Positions 42,301-57,220 of a stretch of DNA of 64,000 nucleotides are shown in pieces (the first letter of the stretch is position 1; the number at the start of each line of letters is the position of its first letter). This DNA comes from Octopus vulgaris (Eukaryota). The stretch covers positions 37,758,001-37,822,000 of the forward strand of contig OX597828.1 in the NCBI GenBank assembly GCA_951406725.2, written 5' to 3'. A program made the position numbers and the translations under genes. The notes under the pieces are model-generated. The model saw nothing but the letters and a program-made list of their open reading frames with translations. It was not told where the DNA came from and did not search any database.

Positions 42301-43062
42301 TTATATTTCAGGTCCTAACTCCGACCCTAACTCTTCACCCACACCCTTTTGAATCTCCAGAACAAACATGTTTTTTTATCAAAATCATGCGGTAATTTAT
42401 TTAGAGCGTCGTTTGCGATTTGGTATTAGTTTGGCTGATACGAGGGTGTGAGTTTGTCATCTCCGTAACGCTCCAAATTCTCCATACGACAATGTAAATC
42501 CGGGTATACACGAGTATACAGAAGCAGAATTCTCCAGACTGGAACACTTTTCATCCACATTTTTCCACAATAAGAATCGATCTGAGCAAAACAACAATAA
42601 CATCAACAACACCTCTATATTCATTTAAATAGGAGCCACTAGTTGGTCGCTGGATCTGCTAGAAATAAGAACCACATTTCTTTTCAACTGCACACTACTA
42701 TCTCAAACAAGTAAAAGAGAAGTCATTAGATAGTGGCGTCTTAGAATGTCTCATAAGAAGGTGACAGCCATTGCAGAATGTCTTTGTTAGTAGGTCCACT
42801 CACAGCTGAATCTCGAACAAGCAACAAGATGAAGTCCAAATACAACAATGCAGTTGTTACACAATGCCTGAACATTTAGCCACTGGACAACGAGGTAGCC
42901 TGTACATTGTATATGAGTGTATCGCCTTCTCCCGTATTAGATGATATAGTATTAGATATACCCGCTAAAAATAGCTTGGTCATCATGGTTAGCACACGTT
43001 TGATTATATTCCTGTTCGATCGTAGTAGACCAGGATTTCAACAATAGTAATAGCAACACCCA

Positions 43063-43095
<33 letters not shown>

Positions 43096-43140
43096 AACAT
43101 TTTTTTTCTTGTTTTGTTTCCCGATCCTTCGCTCCTTCCC

Positions 43141-43559
43141 TCTCTCTTTACTCTTTTACTCTTTTACTCTTTTACTTGTTTCACTCATTTGACTGCGGCC
43201 ATGCTGGAGCACCGCCTTTAGTCGAGCAAATCGACCCCGGGACTTATTCTTTGTAAGCCCAGTACTTATTCTATCGGGCTCTTTTGCCGAACCGCTAAGT
43301 GACGGGGACGTAAACACACCAGCATCGGTTGTGAAGCAATGCTAGGGGAACAAACACAGACACACAAACACATATATATATACATATACATATATACGAC
43401 AGGCTTCTTTCAGTTTCCGTCTACCAAATCCACTCACAAGGCATTGGTCGGCCCGGGGCTATAGCAGAAGACACTTGCCCAAGATGCCACGCAGTGGGAC
43501 TGAACCCGGAACCATGTGGTTGGTTAGCAAGCTACTTACCACACAGCCACTCCTGCGCC
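43141..43559 (-). mobile_element. SINE family A (left arm of large inverted repeat)
   Basis: Full length. Confidence 0.95.
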
Positions 43560-43598
43560 TATTAATTTTAATACCGAAATGCATTTTCACTTTCACGC

Positions 43599-43683
43599 CC
43601 ACGTCCTCCCCTTTCTCCCACATCCTCCTCTTTCTCCCACATCCTCCTCTTTCTCCCACATCCTCCTCTTTCTCCCATATCCT
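43599..43683 (+). repeat. 19-bp minisatellite CCACATCCTCCTCTTTCTC x ~4.5
   Basis: Direct; mirrored at ~44647-44731. Confidence 0.9.
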
Positions 43684-43877
43684 TCCCTCTATTTTATGGA
43701 AAGATTTCCCTTACAGACACAATGGCTACTCATGTTTTAGTGTCTTGCTCTGCAATTATTTCCAAGCAAGATGTTTGCCTTTATGATGGACCCATTTAGA
43801 AAGGACTAATAAATCATGTGATTGGGATATATGTAAAATGTGATTTATATATATATATATATCTGTGAGTGTGTGTG

Positions 43878-43997
<120 letters not shown>

Positions 43998-44257
43998 TGT
44001 ATATATATTTATAGAGAGAGATACACACATGTACAAACAAATACACACATACAAACATCCATTCATGTGTGTATGTGTTTATGTATGTGTATCCATATAC
44101 ATATATCTACAGGTCAGCTCGGGCGTATGTATGTTTATATGCGCGTAAGTTCATATGGGTACCCGTGGGATTTTTCATATGAGCATGTATTAAATAGGAA
44201 AACGTCAATTTACATTCGAAAATGTCCCTATAAATATATGTATGTATTCACACACAC

Positions 44258-44290
<33 letters not shown>

Positions 44291-44375
44291 ATTACACACT
44301 CACAGAAAGTCAAACAAAAAGAAGCATATATACAAATACATATACTTTTAATGTCTTCCTATATGGCTTAATGGG

Positions 44376-44513
44376 TAAAGACCCCCTTCGGTCATGAATG
44401 ACCATGGGATTGCACCTAGAAAGTTATCCTCCTAGACACAAGTCCGGGCAAGGTTGTTTATGGAAGGCCAGCAGTCGCCCATGCATACCTGCCTCCCCTC
44501 TCCACGCCACCAG
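44376..44513 (-). mobile_element. SINE family C 3' part, cut at the inversion breakpoint
   Basis: GACCCCCTTCGGTCATG...TTGCACCTAGAAAGTT...CCACCAG then an abrupt switch to the inverted arm. Confidence 0.85.
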
Positions 44514-44770
44514 TGATTTATTAGTCCTTTCTAAATGGGTCCATCATAAAGGCAAACATCTTGCTTGGAAATAATTGCAGAGCAAGACACTAAAACATGA
44601 GTAGCCATTGTGTCTGTAAGGGAAATCTTTCCATAAAATAGAGGGAAGGATATGGGAGAAAGAGGAGGATGTGGGAGAAAGAGGAGGATGTGGGAGAAAG
44701 AGGAGGATGTGGGAGAAAGGGGAGGACGTGGGCGTGAAAGTGAAAATGCATTTCGGTATTAAAATTAAAA

Positions 44771-45180
44771 GGCGCAGGAGTGGCTGTGTGGTAAGTAGCT
44801 TGCTAACCAACCACATGGTTCCTGGTTCAGTCCCACTGCGTGGCATCTTGGGCAAGTGTCTTCTGCTATAGCCCCGGGCCGACCAATGCCTTGTGGGTGG
44901 ATTTGGTAGACGGAAACTGAAAGAAGCCTGTCGTATATATATATATATATATATATGCGTGTGTGTGTTTGTGTGTCTGTGTTTGTCTCCCTAGCATTGC
45001 TTGACAACCGATGCTGGTGTGTTTACGTCCCCATCACTTAGCGGTTCGGCAAAAAGATACCGATAAAATAAGTACTGGGCTTACAAAGAATAAGTCCCGG
45101 GGTCGATTTGCTCGACTAAAGGCGGTGCTCCAGCATGGCCGCAGTCAAATGACTGAAACAAATAAAAGAGTAAAGAGAGA
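44771..45180 (+). mobile_element. SINE family A (right arm of inverted repeat)
   Basis: Full length. Confidence 0.95.
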
Positions 45181-45181
45181 G

Positions 45182-46425
45182 TAGTACCATTTGTAACGGC
45201 TAATTCCCTAATTTTTTGGAGATTGTCTATATCAAATTCTTTTAAAATATAAGCATAGCTCACCCTTTTTGGCATTGTGCTGATCTCCACTTTCTTAACC
45301 CACCAGTCAAAGTCGATGCTCTCCTCGTAATTCGTTAATCTCGAGAGGTATTTTGGATCCGCCACTGCACAGCAAACGTCCTCGGGCAATCCTCCTACCC
45401 TTGTTACGTCCACTTCTATCACTTTGTCCCATATCTTTACCTCATTGCAAAGTTCTTTTTTCCTGTTATACAATATAACAAATTTATCCAAGTGGGGAAA
45501 TTTAGGGCTCCTGTGTGTTTGCGCTTGTGTTTATGTCAGGCAGGGCATGGGTAGGGTTGGTGGGAGCCGGGTGGGTGTGGGTTGGGGGTCGTTCTTTACC
45601 ACTTGTGTCCTCTTTCTTCTCTTCCTTCTCTTTTCCCGCCGTTTCACAGCTGGTGTTCACCTCCTCTTCCTCGACTCTGGTACTTGTTTTCATATGTGGT
45701 GGTGTTTCACTCTCCTTCTCACGCCTCTCCTCAGCCTCCACGGTGTCAGCTACTTTCTCGGGGTCTTGCCTTTTCTTAGCCTTCACAGGTGGTCGAGGAC
45801 AATCCGCTCTAATGTGACCATTCTGACCACATTTACAGCAGCGTGGATCCTCCCTTAAACTTTAACTTTTAGTGTAACGTCACCGATTATAATAGTTTCT
45901 ACCATACTTTCGATATCTTCCGAGACAACCTGTAACACCATATCCAGGTTTTACCCTTACAAGTTCCTATGGAGTGTTCTGGTGGCCTGGAGGACCACCA
46001 TCTTCTCCTTCATGCCTAGCAGTATGGCGGCTACCAGCCAGGCTACATCCACCTCTGGGGGTATGAATTCCACCCTAACCCTGGAAGAACGTCTCCCCAA
46101 GTATATGGGTAGAAGCACCACTTCATCCGTTCTTAATGGTGTTCTTCAGTGCAACCTGGCAGTAGCCACCTGCCGAAACCGCACATCTACTGTTCCAAAT
46201 TTTCTACCTCTAGCAAAGTAGGAAATCCCCTGCCAGATTGGTTTAAGGTTCTTTTCTATTTGAGCCGTCGACATGACTTCAATCTTCTTGGCTGCTACCG
46301 TGTATGTTCTGTAAATTATTGTTTTCTCATTTTTTCTTTTAAAAGTTATTTGTGGGTGGGGAACAACTTTACTTCGTTCTCCTCCGTTTTGAATTTACTC
46401 AATTCCTCCAGCCTCACGCCTTCGC
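45182..46425 (-). mobile_element. L1/Tx1-like LINE ORF1, near complete but disrupted
   Basis: FARGRKFGTVDVRF...RVRVEFIPPEVDVAWLVAAI; knuckle PRCCKCGQNGHIRADCP; acidic/Pro-rich linker; homologous at protein level to 31745-32387. Confidence 0.75.
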
Positions 46426-46888
46426 GTGTGTGTGTGTGTGTGAATCTATATATAACTGAGATAACTAGATATATACTGAGATATACCCCCTCACACATAT
46501 ATATATTTATATGCACACGCATATAAATAAACATACTTACGCACAGTCACAAACATTTGTCCTCTCACAAACACATATATACACACACACATACGGGTCC
46601 CTACATAATCAGGAATACATGTAGAAATATGCGTAGATTCACGCATAGGCAAGTAACACGTATAATCAAGGGAACAAATTTCTTTGCGCAGTAGCTCATT
46701 TAATGCGTGCACAGCCATAGAGTGTGAACAATCAAAAGTTGTGATACGATAAACAATTCAAAAAGTACAAAACTGAGAAATAATTTATAAATTGCACTGT
46801 TGGTCAAATCGAATCGCAAATGCCCTAGAGACGATGGGTATAACTACAATAATGAAAGAAATAAGTCAGAATCTATAATGGAATGTAT

Positions 46889-46936
<48 letters not shown>

Positions 46937-46980
46937 GACTGAAACAAGTAAAAGAATATGGGAATATATTTATATATATT

Positions 46981-47206
46981 CTTTTATTCTTTTATTCGTT
47001 TTAGTCACTTGACTGCAGTCAAGCTACAGCACTGCCTTTGGTCAAACAGATCGACTCCAGGACTTATTCTTTGTAAGCCTAGTACTTATTCTTTCGGTAA
47101 ATACACCAACATTGGTTGTCAAGTGATGGTGTAGTGGGAGTGGGGGTACAAATACAGACACACACATATATACATACATGCATACATACATACATACATA
47201 CATACA

Positions 47207-47262
<56 letters not shown>

Positions 47263-47386
47263 CGACCGGCTTCTTTCAGTTTCCGTCTACCAAATCCACT
47301 CGCAAGTCTTTGGTCGGCCCGAGGCTGTAGTAGAAAACACTTGTCCAAATTGCCACGCAGTGTTACTGAAGCCGCAACCATATGGT
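46981..47386 (-). mobile_element. SINE family A, diverged
   Basis: Tail and head blocks recognisable; internal (TACA)n. Confidence 0.8.
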
Positions 47387-47411
47387 GTGTGTGTATATAT
47401 GTATGAAAACT

Positions 47412-47615
47412 GTGAAGGGTCGTAGCCTACTGGTTACGGTATTGTACTAACGATCGCTAGAAAGTGGTCTCGATTCCCGGACTGGGTGGCGCGTTTATTT
47501 CTTGGGCAAAACACATCATTTAATTTCACTTTGCAGATTGGAGAGTCACAATCGTTGACGCATCGGTAGAAATGCTATACGGTATATTTTCCAGCTCTGA
47601 GTTCAAATCTTACCT
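47412..47615 (+). mobile_element. Old SINE heads (family C-like then family B-like)
   Basis: CTGGTTACGG..TCGATTCCCGGAC..CTTGGGCAAAACAC; AATCGTTGAC..CTGAGTTCAAAT. Confidence 0.5.
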
Positions 47616-47927
47616 GCGTGGAGGAGTCATCGGGAGGCCTTTCCAGTGTTCATCCTAAGTCTAGTCATAGTAGCTACTTAAAGGTTGAATGGGAAGGTCA
47701 TATATGGAGTGTCAAAAACTGTTCACATGAACATAATCTGCACAAGAGAAGACTAACCCTTGACTAGACTAGAATTTGATAATCACCATTCATAAAACAC
47801 ATAACTCTTACATTTGTAAGTCTGCCGATGAAGAAATGACAATAATAAAATATATATTCTTATGTTCGCTCCAGTGTGTGTGTGTGTGTGATGTCTTTTC
47901 CTTTATTGACCTTTGTACTTTTGACGA

Positions 47928-48061
47928 CTCATGTTTGTATGGAACTGTCAAATCTCCATTCATTGAAATTTACATAAACACAAATGTTTAAATGTAACGT
48001 TGCCACCAGTCTCACACACGCACTCTTACACAGGGACACAAGCACAATTACATACAAACAT

Positions 48062-48094
<33 letters not shown>

Positions 48095-48149
48095 TACATA
48101 TATATATCTGTATGTGTGTATGTATATATGCATATATATATATATATAT

Positions 48150-48216
<67 letters not shown>

Positions 48217-48757
48217 TATAGTCATATATATATATATCTCTATCTCTCTCACCTCCAGCCCCCTCGATCTGTCTCTTTCTTCTCCTCCCTCGTCCACCTT
48301 CTCTCTCTTTTCATCTGTCCCTTTCTCTTGTCTTTTGTTCTCACGTGACCGCTAGCCGCTGTTGAGCGCTCTTTTCGTTCCATCAGCCGCTGAAGCAACA
48401 CGTATTTGTTCGTCTCCCTGTGGCCATTAGGCACAACTTCATAAGCCAGCCCCATACTTAACTCGTCCTGCCGAAAGACCCTTGTCCTACGTCCTGGTTT
48501 TGTTTTGTTGTTTATTTTTTATATTTTATTTTTTATTTTTACCGTTATTGTTTTTACGTTTTTGTATTCTTATTGGTGTCACGTATTCTGTATTTTTTGT
48601 TCGTGTACTTCGTTCGTTTTCCTCATGTTTGTATGGAACTGTCAAATTTCCATTCATTGAAATTTACATAAACACAAATGTTTAAATGTAACGTTGCCAC
48701 CAGTCTCCACACGGAGCACTCTTACACAGGGACACAAGCACAATTACATACAAACAT

Positions 48758-48790
<33 letters not shown>

Positions 48791-48834
48791 TACATATATA
48801 TATCTGTATGTGTGTATGTTCTTATATGTCTGTA

Positions 48835-48902
<68 letters not shown>

Positions 48903-48914
48903 TATAGTCATATA
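47928..48914 (+). repeat. Direct duplication of ~300 bp (47928-48228 and 48622-48914)
   Basis: CTCATGTTTGTATGGAACTGTCAAAT...GTTGCCACCAGTCTC...CAGGGACACAAGCACAATTAC...GTCATATA repeated. Confidence 0.95.
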
Positions 48915-48915
48915 G

Positions 48916-49028
<113 letters not shown>

Positions 49029-50253
49029 CACTTCCATACACCCATATATTTATGTATCCATATGCATATGTGCCTATGTGTCGTATATGTTTTTTTCTCT
49101 CGAAATATGTGAGAATTTCAAGAGTTCGAAGAGTAAATTTCCCCTCCCTCTGTCTATCTGTCCATTTGTCTTTGCGCGTCACACCTTATCCTTCACTCTT
49201 TCTCTATTCTCCCCCCTCTCTCCCTTTCTCTGTCTCCATAAACGCATACGTACATAATACATACAGACATACGTATATTCACGCACATATGCATATAACA
49301 ATATGATTTTCGCTACGTGTGCTTCAGTGGTTGTGTTAAGTGGTATGCTGTGTATGTGTCTGTGCGCTTGTGTGTATGTATATGAGTGTGCGAGCATGCG
49401 CTGTGTGTATGCAAGTGTATATAAGTTGTGTGACCTGATGGCTGAGCTGTCAATTCGATTGTAATAGGATTTAACCTGTAAATCCGTTCTATCCAATATG
49501 ATGGAGTCGTTTACACAACATTCTTTCGAATCTTCTGACTTCCGCCCCACAGAAATCCTATTAAATCTAACCTCTGTTCGCCCTACTTTACGCCATTAGA
49601 AAACCGAACAAATTTTCTCTTCGCCGCCATGTTTGTTTGTTCTTTAATGCTTTGCCCACTCCTACTCAGGCTACAATCCCCGCTTGCAAGTAATCCATCC
49701 AACTTGTTGTTCCACAAGCCACGCATACTCACATACATGAATAATTGGAAATAATCTACATACGTCAGACATAAAGACATACATACATAGTTATACAGAA
49801 TTATATAGACTTGCGGCGTTCACAAATGAACAGATATTTGCATACAAATATATATACAAGCGCATACGAAAATAAAATATATACTAATATATATTCTTAC
49901 GGTCGCATATATTGATATAACAATGAAAATACATAGACATGCGCACACAGAGAACCACACACAAGTATACATTGGTAACCATATGAATATATTAACATAT
50001 TCACACATATGTTTCAAGCCTGACTCACATATCCATATATGGAGGCAGACTGAGATATACACAGTGCAAAGGACGTTTCTATACGAAAAGCAGCCTGCGT
50101 TACGAACAATGGTTCAACTTTTATCGGTGGACACAGCGTTTTTTTTTTACAGTTCAGAACAAATCACAAATGATTAGAGGCAACTTTGCTGACCACATAC
50201 ATATGTTGATTAATATATACATCAAACGGAAAAAAAACTCAACTTATACATTC

Positions 50254-50312
<59 letters not shown>

Positions 50313-50699
50313 TGAGTGAGGTGTGAGTATATATATGTATGTATGTATTTGTCTGTGTATGTGTGTATTCAAATTCATAATCTATTTTTTTACTTCTATA
50401 AATATATGCTATAATTATGTATATGTATGAGTGTCTAATGTGTCTCCTGCGTGCATAAAACCGTATGCGCGCGCGCGCGTGTGTGTGTTTGTGTGTTTGT
50501 GTGTGTGCGTGCTAGATTACAGAACGCTTCATCCTCAGGCTAAGCCTGTGAATGGCTTGAAATAGTTTTGGCTCTACTGCTTATACTCTTCAAAACAAAA
50601 TGTAAACATATCATAAACTTGTGAACATTTTTAGTGCAAATTAAAAAATGAAAGAAAGAATTTTGTTGATTCTTGTCCCTTTTTTTTTTTTTTTACTCG

Positions 50700-51660
50700 A
50701 GCGGTTTATACCTCTTGCAAACTCTTACTCTTCTGCATATAATTTGTATTTTTGAAGTGCGTTTTAACAGGTCAATTTTTTCTTTCCGTGAAGAATTTTT
50801 GAGAGCAACACTTCGAGATTTGGTAATCTAGTCGAGGATTCCATTCAGTAATTATAGGTAATAATGAGAAGCTATTATCCAAGTAGTGAAGCTATGTGGT
50901 TCAAAGCCATGGCTTGTAAATATTGTCTTTCTCACTGAATGGAAAACAAACGTACTCCCCTGCTGTCAAACTGATCTTTGTAACTGTAAATTGACTTTTT
51001 TCCTTGATCGCTACAATCAGTCATATCCAAACCCGATATATTTGCCTTCATCATCAATGTTGATGAAAATGCTCTACAAATATTACTTGTGTTAAAACGA
51101 ATGTGTTTACTCAACAACAAATGTTTGCTATATTTTTCCCAAGACTGTCTTTCTTCTCAATTGTATTGTATAATGTTTTAGAAACACCACCATGCTTCGT
51201 TGGACTGTATTGCCTTTGAGATATTTTTAGGTAGCTGCTGCTTACGTATATAACATCTTTCGTTACAATCGCCATTTTCGATCGAATCTTCAGGGGTTAA
51301 TTGCTTCACTGCCTCTTTTATTCAAAAGGTAGTGTGTAACAATCTCTTGCTATTGAAAATCAAAAGCATAGCCTGCAGCATCTAACTTATTGTAATGCTC
51401 ATTAATCCGAGAAAGACTACACTTCCTGTCGATTTTACTATTGCACAAAATTTTACATGTAATGTACAGAAGTAGAGCATTTTTACATCAGATTCTTTCT
51501 TAGATATCCTAGACCTTCAAATGATTGGACGCACGCAGTATTGTCGACAAGTGAATATTTTTTGAGCGTTTCGTTCTCCACTCGTGAAGTGTTGTACTTC
51601 CCTTTTCGCAACGAATACTAGCAATTGCTTTCTCGCTAATGCCATACTACATCCGAACGT
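50700..51660 (-). mobile_element. Very decayed hATm-like transposase remnant
   Basis: Frameshifted fragments YGISEKAIASI, KMLYF, LGKNIANICC*VNT and IFINIDDE occur in the order expected for hATm 'G+S.RA.A', 'LYFD', 'AIGCD..VNTG', 'LF..+DG'. Confidence 0.35.
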
Positions 51661-51699
51661 TGTTTAAAGTGATCCTAAGCCTCGTACGTCCCTTCAGTA

Positions 51700-51842
51700 T
51701 CAATATCTCTTGTACAGGCCTTAGAAAAACTGAAGGACCGCTGCAATAAGTGTGTGAATCTGAGAAGGGAATATGTTGAATTAACTAATCCTACTGTATT
51801 TTCTTTTATCCAAAGCCAGGAGTATTTCACTACCCCACTAAT
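51700..51842 (+). mobile_element. mariner 3' end fragment
   Basis: KLKDRCNKCVNLRREYVE matches mariner C-terminal 'KL..RW.KC+...G+YVE'; followed by a TIR-like end at TA. Confidence 0.65.
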
Positions 51843-51954
51843 ATACATATATATATATATATATCAGCACGACGTGTATTTATAGTGAAGGTATATTGTA
51901 ATGTGGAAATTGACGGTTTAAGAAATAATTTTACTTTTGCCCTTGTTTATAAGT

Positions 51955-52032
<78 letters not shown>

Positions 52033-52035
52033 CAT

Positions 52036-52332
52036 ATTTGAGGGTGTCACTCTCCACTCTTGAAGTGTTGGTACTTGCCCTTTTTGCAACGGAAGTAGCG
52101 ATTGTCTTCATTTTGAAAATGTTACTACGTGTGGATCGTTGGCCATTCTTTTTTATTCTTCCGCCTTCCTTTTCTCTTGGACTCTCTCCGAAGAAGAGTT
52201 TTGCTCGAAACATAAAACCACCTTTCTTTCCTTCCCTGGGCGTCCGTTAATACTTCGTGTGTGCAATGTCCTCGCGTTGTTGTTGTTGTTGTTTTATCTT
52301 GTGTTTCTTCTTCGTCTTTTGGGATTATACAC
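52036..52332 (+). mobile_element. Penelope-like terminal repeat unit with degenerate hammerhead (52183-52219)
   Basis: CCGAAGA-A-GAGT ttt GCTC-GAAAC-AT-A; downstream GCGTCC..TAATACT..GTCCTCGCGTTGT shared with 263-345 (GTCC(A)CGCGTTGT also at ~20707); inserted at (TA)n. Confidence 0.6.
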
Positions 52333-52552
52333 ATATATACATACATGATTATATAGCTGTGTGTATGTGTGTGTTTACATGTGTGTGTCCGTGTGAGTGG
52401 TGCGTGTGTATTTGCGCGTGTATGCATGTGTGTGTGTGTGTGTGTGCGTATCTGCGTGGGTGTACAATCTCGCTAATTGCTACGGATTTCCAGATTCAAT
52501 TACTATATGCGCACACGTACCGCGGTACTCAAAGACAATTCTTTCTGTTGTC

Positions 52553-52970
52553 ACTACTACTACTACCACCCTCATGACCACCGCCACTGTTACTACTACT
52601 ACCGCCACCACTACCACCGCCACTGTTATCATTACTACTACTACTACAACCACTACCACCACCACTGTTACTACTAATACTACTACTACTACTACCACTA
52701 CCGCAGCCACCGCCACTGCTATTACTACTACTACTTCTACTATTACTACTACTACTACTAGTTTCTCTACTACCACAAACACCACCGCCATCACCACCTC
52801 AACAGCTACCGGTTTCGTCACCATTGTCCCCGCCACCACCATCACAACCACCACTAGAATCACAAGAACCAGCAGAACCACCAACGTTCCCACCTCGACC
52901 TCCACCACTGCTGCTGTAGCTACTACTGCTACTATTGCTTCTCCTTCTATTATAACTACTACTACTACAC
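52553..52970 (+). repeat. Degenerate (ACT/ACC)n trinucleotide tract
   Basis: Direct. Confidence 0.9.
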
Positions 52971-53357
52971 ACTTAAGTTAAACCTCACATACGCATGCAA
53001 CCAGTAAGAAAGAGAGAGAGACAGACAGAGAGAGAGACAGAGGAGAAGAGAGAAAAACTGGAAAAGGGAAAGGGAATGAGCGAAAGAGGGGCGATGGCCC
53101 ATAATTCTGTAGCAGGGAACTGCATTATAAATGTATTGAGAGACATGCACCATTAAATCTCTAATAGACCAGTTCCGGTTCAATGAACCATTTTAAAACA
53201 ATAAGCCATGTCTTCATCTGTGCATAACCTCATAGCATTCTCATATATGCGCATGAACAGGCATGTACAGGTCTTGATATACACATATGTACTTACATAT
53301 ATACAGTCATACATATACATATACACGCACGTACACACACACACACTAGAGCGCGTG

Positions 53358-53397
<40 letters not shown>

Positions 53398-53558
53398 CAT
53401 GAACAGGAACAGAGAGTAAGACAGAGAAAGAGAATGCTATACATAGGAACACGGCCACACTTAACACTGACTGTGCCTCCACTGCTTCACACGATTTCAT
53501 GAATAACATATATTAAAGAGCATATAGACATACGTAGATACAATAAGTATGTTACGAA

Positions 53559-53611
<53 letters not shown>

Positions 53612-53803
53612 TTTCCTATATGTGAGTGTGTGTGTATGTGTGTGTGTGTGTGTGTGCGTGTGTGTGTGTGTATGTTGCACATCAACTTACTGCACTTCGT
53701 ACAGTAAGTCGATGCGTAACAGATGGAACCGTAGAATGTTCAGAGTCAAAACAAATTTCCAGTATTCATTTGGTTAAATCTGTCATATATATATATATGT
53801 GTG

Positions 53804-53838
<35 letters not shown>

Positions 53839-54012
53839 ATACATACATACATACATATAGATATGTATATATACATGCTTGTGTGTGTGTGTGCATATGT
53901 GTGTGTATATATATTTGTGTGTATATATACACACACATGTATATACACACACATGAATTAGCTGTATATATATATATATAAAAAAGCACACACACTGAGG
54001 TAATGTATATAT

Positions 54013-54404
54013 TCTCTTTTACTCTCTTTTGTTTGTTTCAGTCATTTGATAATGGCCACGCTAGAGCACCGCTTTTAGTCGAACAAATTGACCCCTGGAC
54101 CTATTCTTTATAAGCTTAGTACTTATTCTATCGCATTTGTTCTGAACCACTAGTAACCGGAACATAAACACACTAGCATCGGTTCTCAAGCGATGGCGCG
54201 TCGACGACAAACACGGGCACACAGACACACACACATATTTATGACGGGCCTCTTTCAGTTTCCGTCCACCAGTTCCACTCACAAGGCTTTGGGCGGCCCG
54301 AGGCTATAGTAGAAGACACCTGTCCAAGCTGCCACGCTGTGGGAATGAACCCGGATCCATGTGGCTGGTAATCAAGCTACTTATCACACAACCACACCTG
54401 CGCC
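54013..54404 (-). mobile_element. SINE family A
   Basis: Full length, moderately diverged. Confidence 0.9.
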
Positions 54405-54480
<76 letters not shown>

Positions 54481-54559
54481 TATACACACACAAAGGTATA
54501 TAGATGTATTTAATGTGCTTATGAGACAGACAGAGATACAGAGAGACAGATAGATAGAG

Positions 54560-54612
<53 letters not shown>

Positions 54613-54949
54613 TGAACGAGCCAAGATGTAAACAAAGAAGAATAGAACATGTGTGACATATTTACTATGCTTTTAGATTGGCCGAGGATGTTTATGGAAA
54701 TGTTTCATAACAACAACAACAACTACTAGAGCTAATACTACTAGGGCGGGAACAACAACAAAATAAGTACAACAACGACGACGACATGTTTAACAAGCCG
54801 ACAACTTCCTGGTTGTAAAGCTAGTTAAGTGAGTGTTGTAATCCGTTAATGGCTTAATGTAAGTGGGGAGTGGTGTAGAGTGGTTGGCTAAGACAAACAT
54901 TTGCTGCTCCAGTAAGTACCCTTTACTTACAGGATGTGTGGAGTGATGT

Positions 54950-55705
54950 AGGAAGAGAGAGGGAAGACGAAATGTATGAGAAATAGTGAGGTAGAGAGAG
55001 ACGGGGAGAGGGAGAGAGAGATTGAGAGAGGAGAAAGAGGAAATGAGAGCGATGGGGAGGTAGAGGAAAAGAGAGGGAAAAGTTGAAAGGAATGGAATTA
55101 GAGAATGAGAGGAGGGTAGTGCTAAGAAATTGAATGAGAGAGAGAGAGAGAGGGGGAGAGAAAGAGTAGGAGAGTTGGAGAGAGAGAAATGAAAGAGATG
55201 GGAAATTGGGAAATGGACGGAATAAAGGAGAAAGTGAGTGAAAGAGGGAAATGCAAATGTGGAAGATGCGAGAGAGAGAGAGAGGAGTGAGAAAGAGAAT
55301 GAAAAATGAAAAGAGAGAAAGAGAAAGAGAGAGAGAGAAAGGGAGAGAGAGGTATTAAGAATTGAAAGAAGGAAGGATTTCAATGAAAGAGAAAGAAATG
55401 AGAGTGAAACGATAAAAATAAGACAAAGAGAGAGAGAGGAGGAGGAGAAAAGAAAAGGAAGAAAGAGGAGGAAAGGATTTCAATGAGAGAGAAAGAAATG
55501 GTAGGTGTTAGAAAAATAACGAGAGTGTTTAATGTAGGTCGAGTGGAAAAATGAAAGTGTCCTAGCAGAAAGAGAGAGAGAAAGAGGGGGGAGAGAGAGA
55601 GAGATTGAGATTTCGTGTAAAGGTGATAGAAGAGAATATTGGACAGCTGAGAAATAAAAATTACAGACAAGAGAGAATTGTCTAAGAAAGGAAGGAAAGG
55701 GAATA
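54950..55705 (+). repeat. ~750-bp purine-rich (GA) low-complexity tract
   Basis: Direct. Confidence 0.85.
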
Positions 55706-55747
55706 CATGCGAACACTCATGTATATGCATATATGTTTATATATATC

Positions 55748-55970
55748 TTTCTTTACTACCCACAAGGGGCTAAACACAGAGGGGACAAACAATGACAGAC
55801 AAACAGATTAAGTCGATTATATCGACCCCAGTATGTAAATGGTACTTATTTAATCGACCCCGAAAGGATGAAAGGCAAAGTCGACCTCGGCGGAATTTGA
55901 ACTCAGAACGTAGCGGCAGACGAAATACCGATAAGCATTTCGCCCAGCATGCTAACGATTCTGCCAGCTC
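55748..55970 (-). mobile_element. SINE family B (tail type 2)
   Basis: TTTCTTTACTACCCACAAGGGGCTAAAC...CTGCCAGCTC. Confidence 0.9.
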
Positions 55971-56008
55971 ATGTTTATTTTATTTATTGATATATATATA
56001 TATATACT

Positions 56009-56037
56009 TATTCCAAGTTTTGCTTCCCCACCCTGTA
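56009..56037 (-). mobile_element. Solo copy of the left TIR of the 57221 element
   Basis: TATTCCAAGTTTTGCTTCCCCACCCTGTA is the exact reverse complement of 57219-57247. Confidence 0.9.
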
Positions 56038-56073
<36 letters not shown>

Positions 56074-56149
56074 TGTATGTATGTATGTATGTATTTATGT
56101 ATGAATGTATGAATGTATGTATGTACATATATATATATATGTATGTATG

Positions 56150-56194
<45 letters not shown>

Positions 56195-56206
56195 GTGTGT
56201 ATACAT

Positions 56207-56238
<32 letters not shown>

Positions 56239-56239
56239 C

Positions 56240-56983
<744 letters not shown>

Positions 56984-57182
56984 CATATATATATATATGT
57001 ATATATATGTATGTATATATATATGTTTGTATATATATATATTTTTATATATTTTACTACATACATACATATATCCATTTTTGTACTCCATACATTCATA
57101 CATTCATACATTCATACGTAAATACATACATACATACATACATACATACATACATACATACATACATACATACATACATACA

Positions 57183-57218
<36 letters not shown>

Positions 57219-57220
57219 TA

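Noticed and set aside
43599-43683. Short regular repeat as a CRISPR-like array
   Set aside because: 19-bp units are contiguous with no spacers; eukaryotic context, no cas genes
52397-52981. Thr-rich mucin-like 194-aa ORF
   Set aside because: Degenerate (ACT/ACC)n tract starting in a TG repeat; no signal peptide or convincing splice context
54790-55730. Leu/Ser/Phe-rich 'membrane protein' ORFs
   Set aside because: Antisense of a GA-rich low-complexity tract
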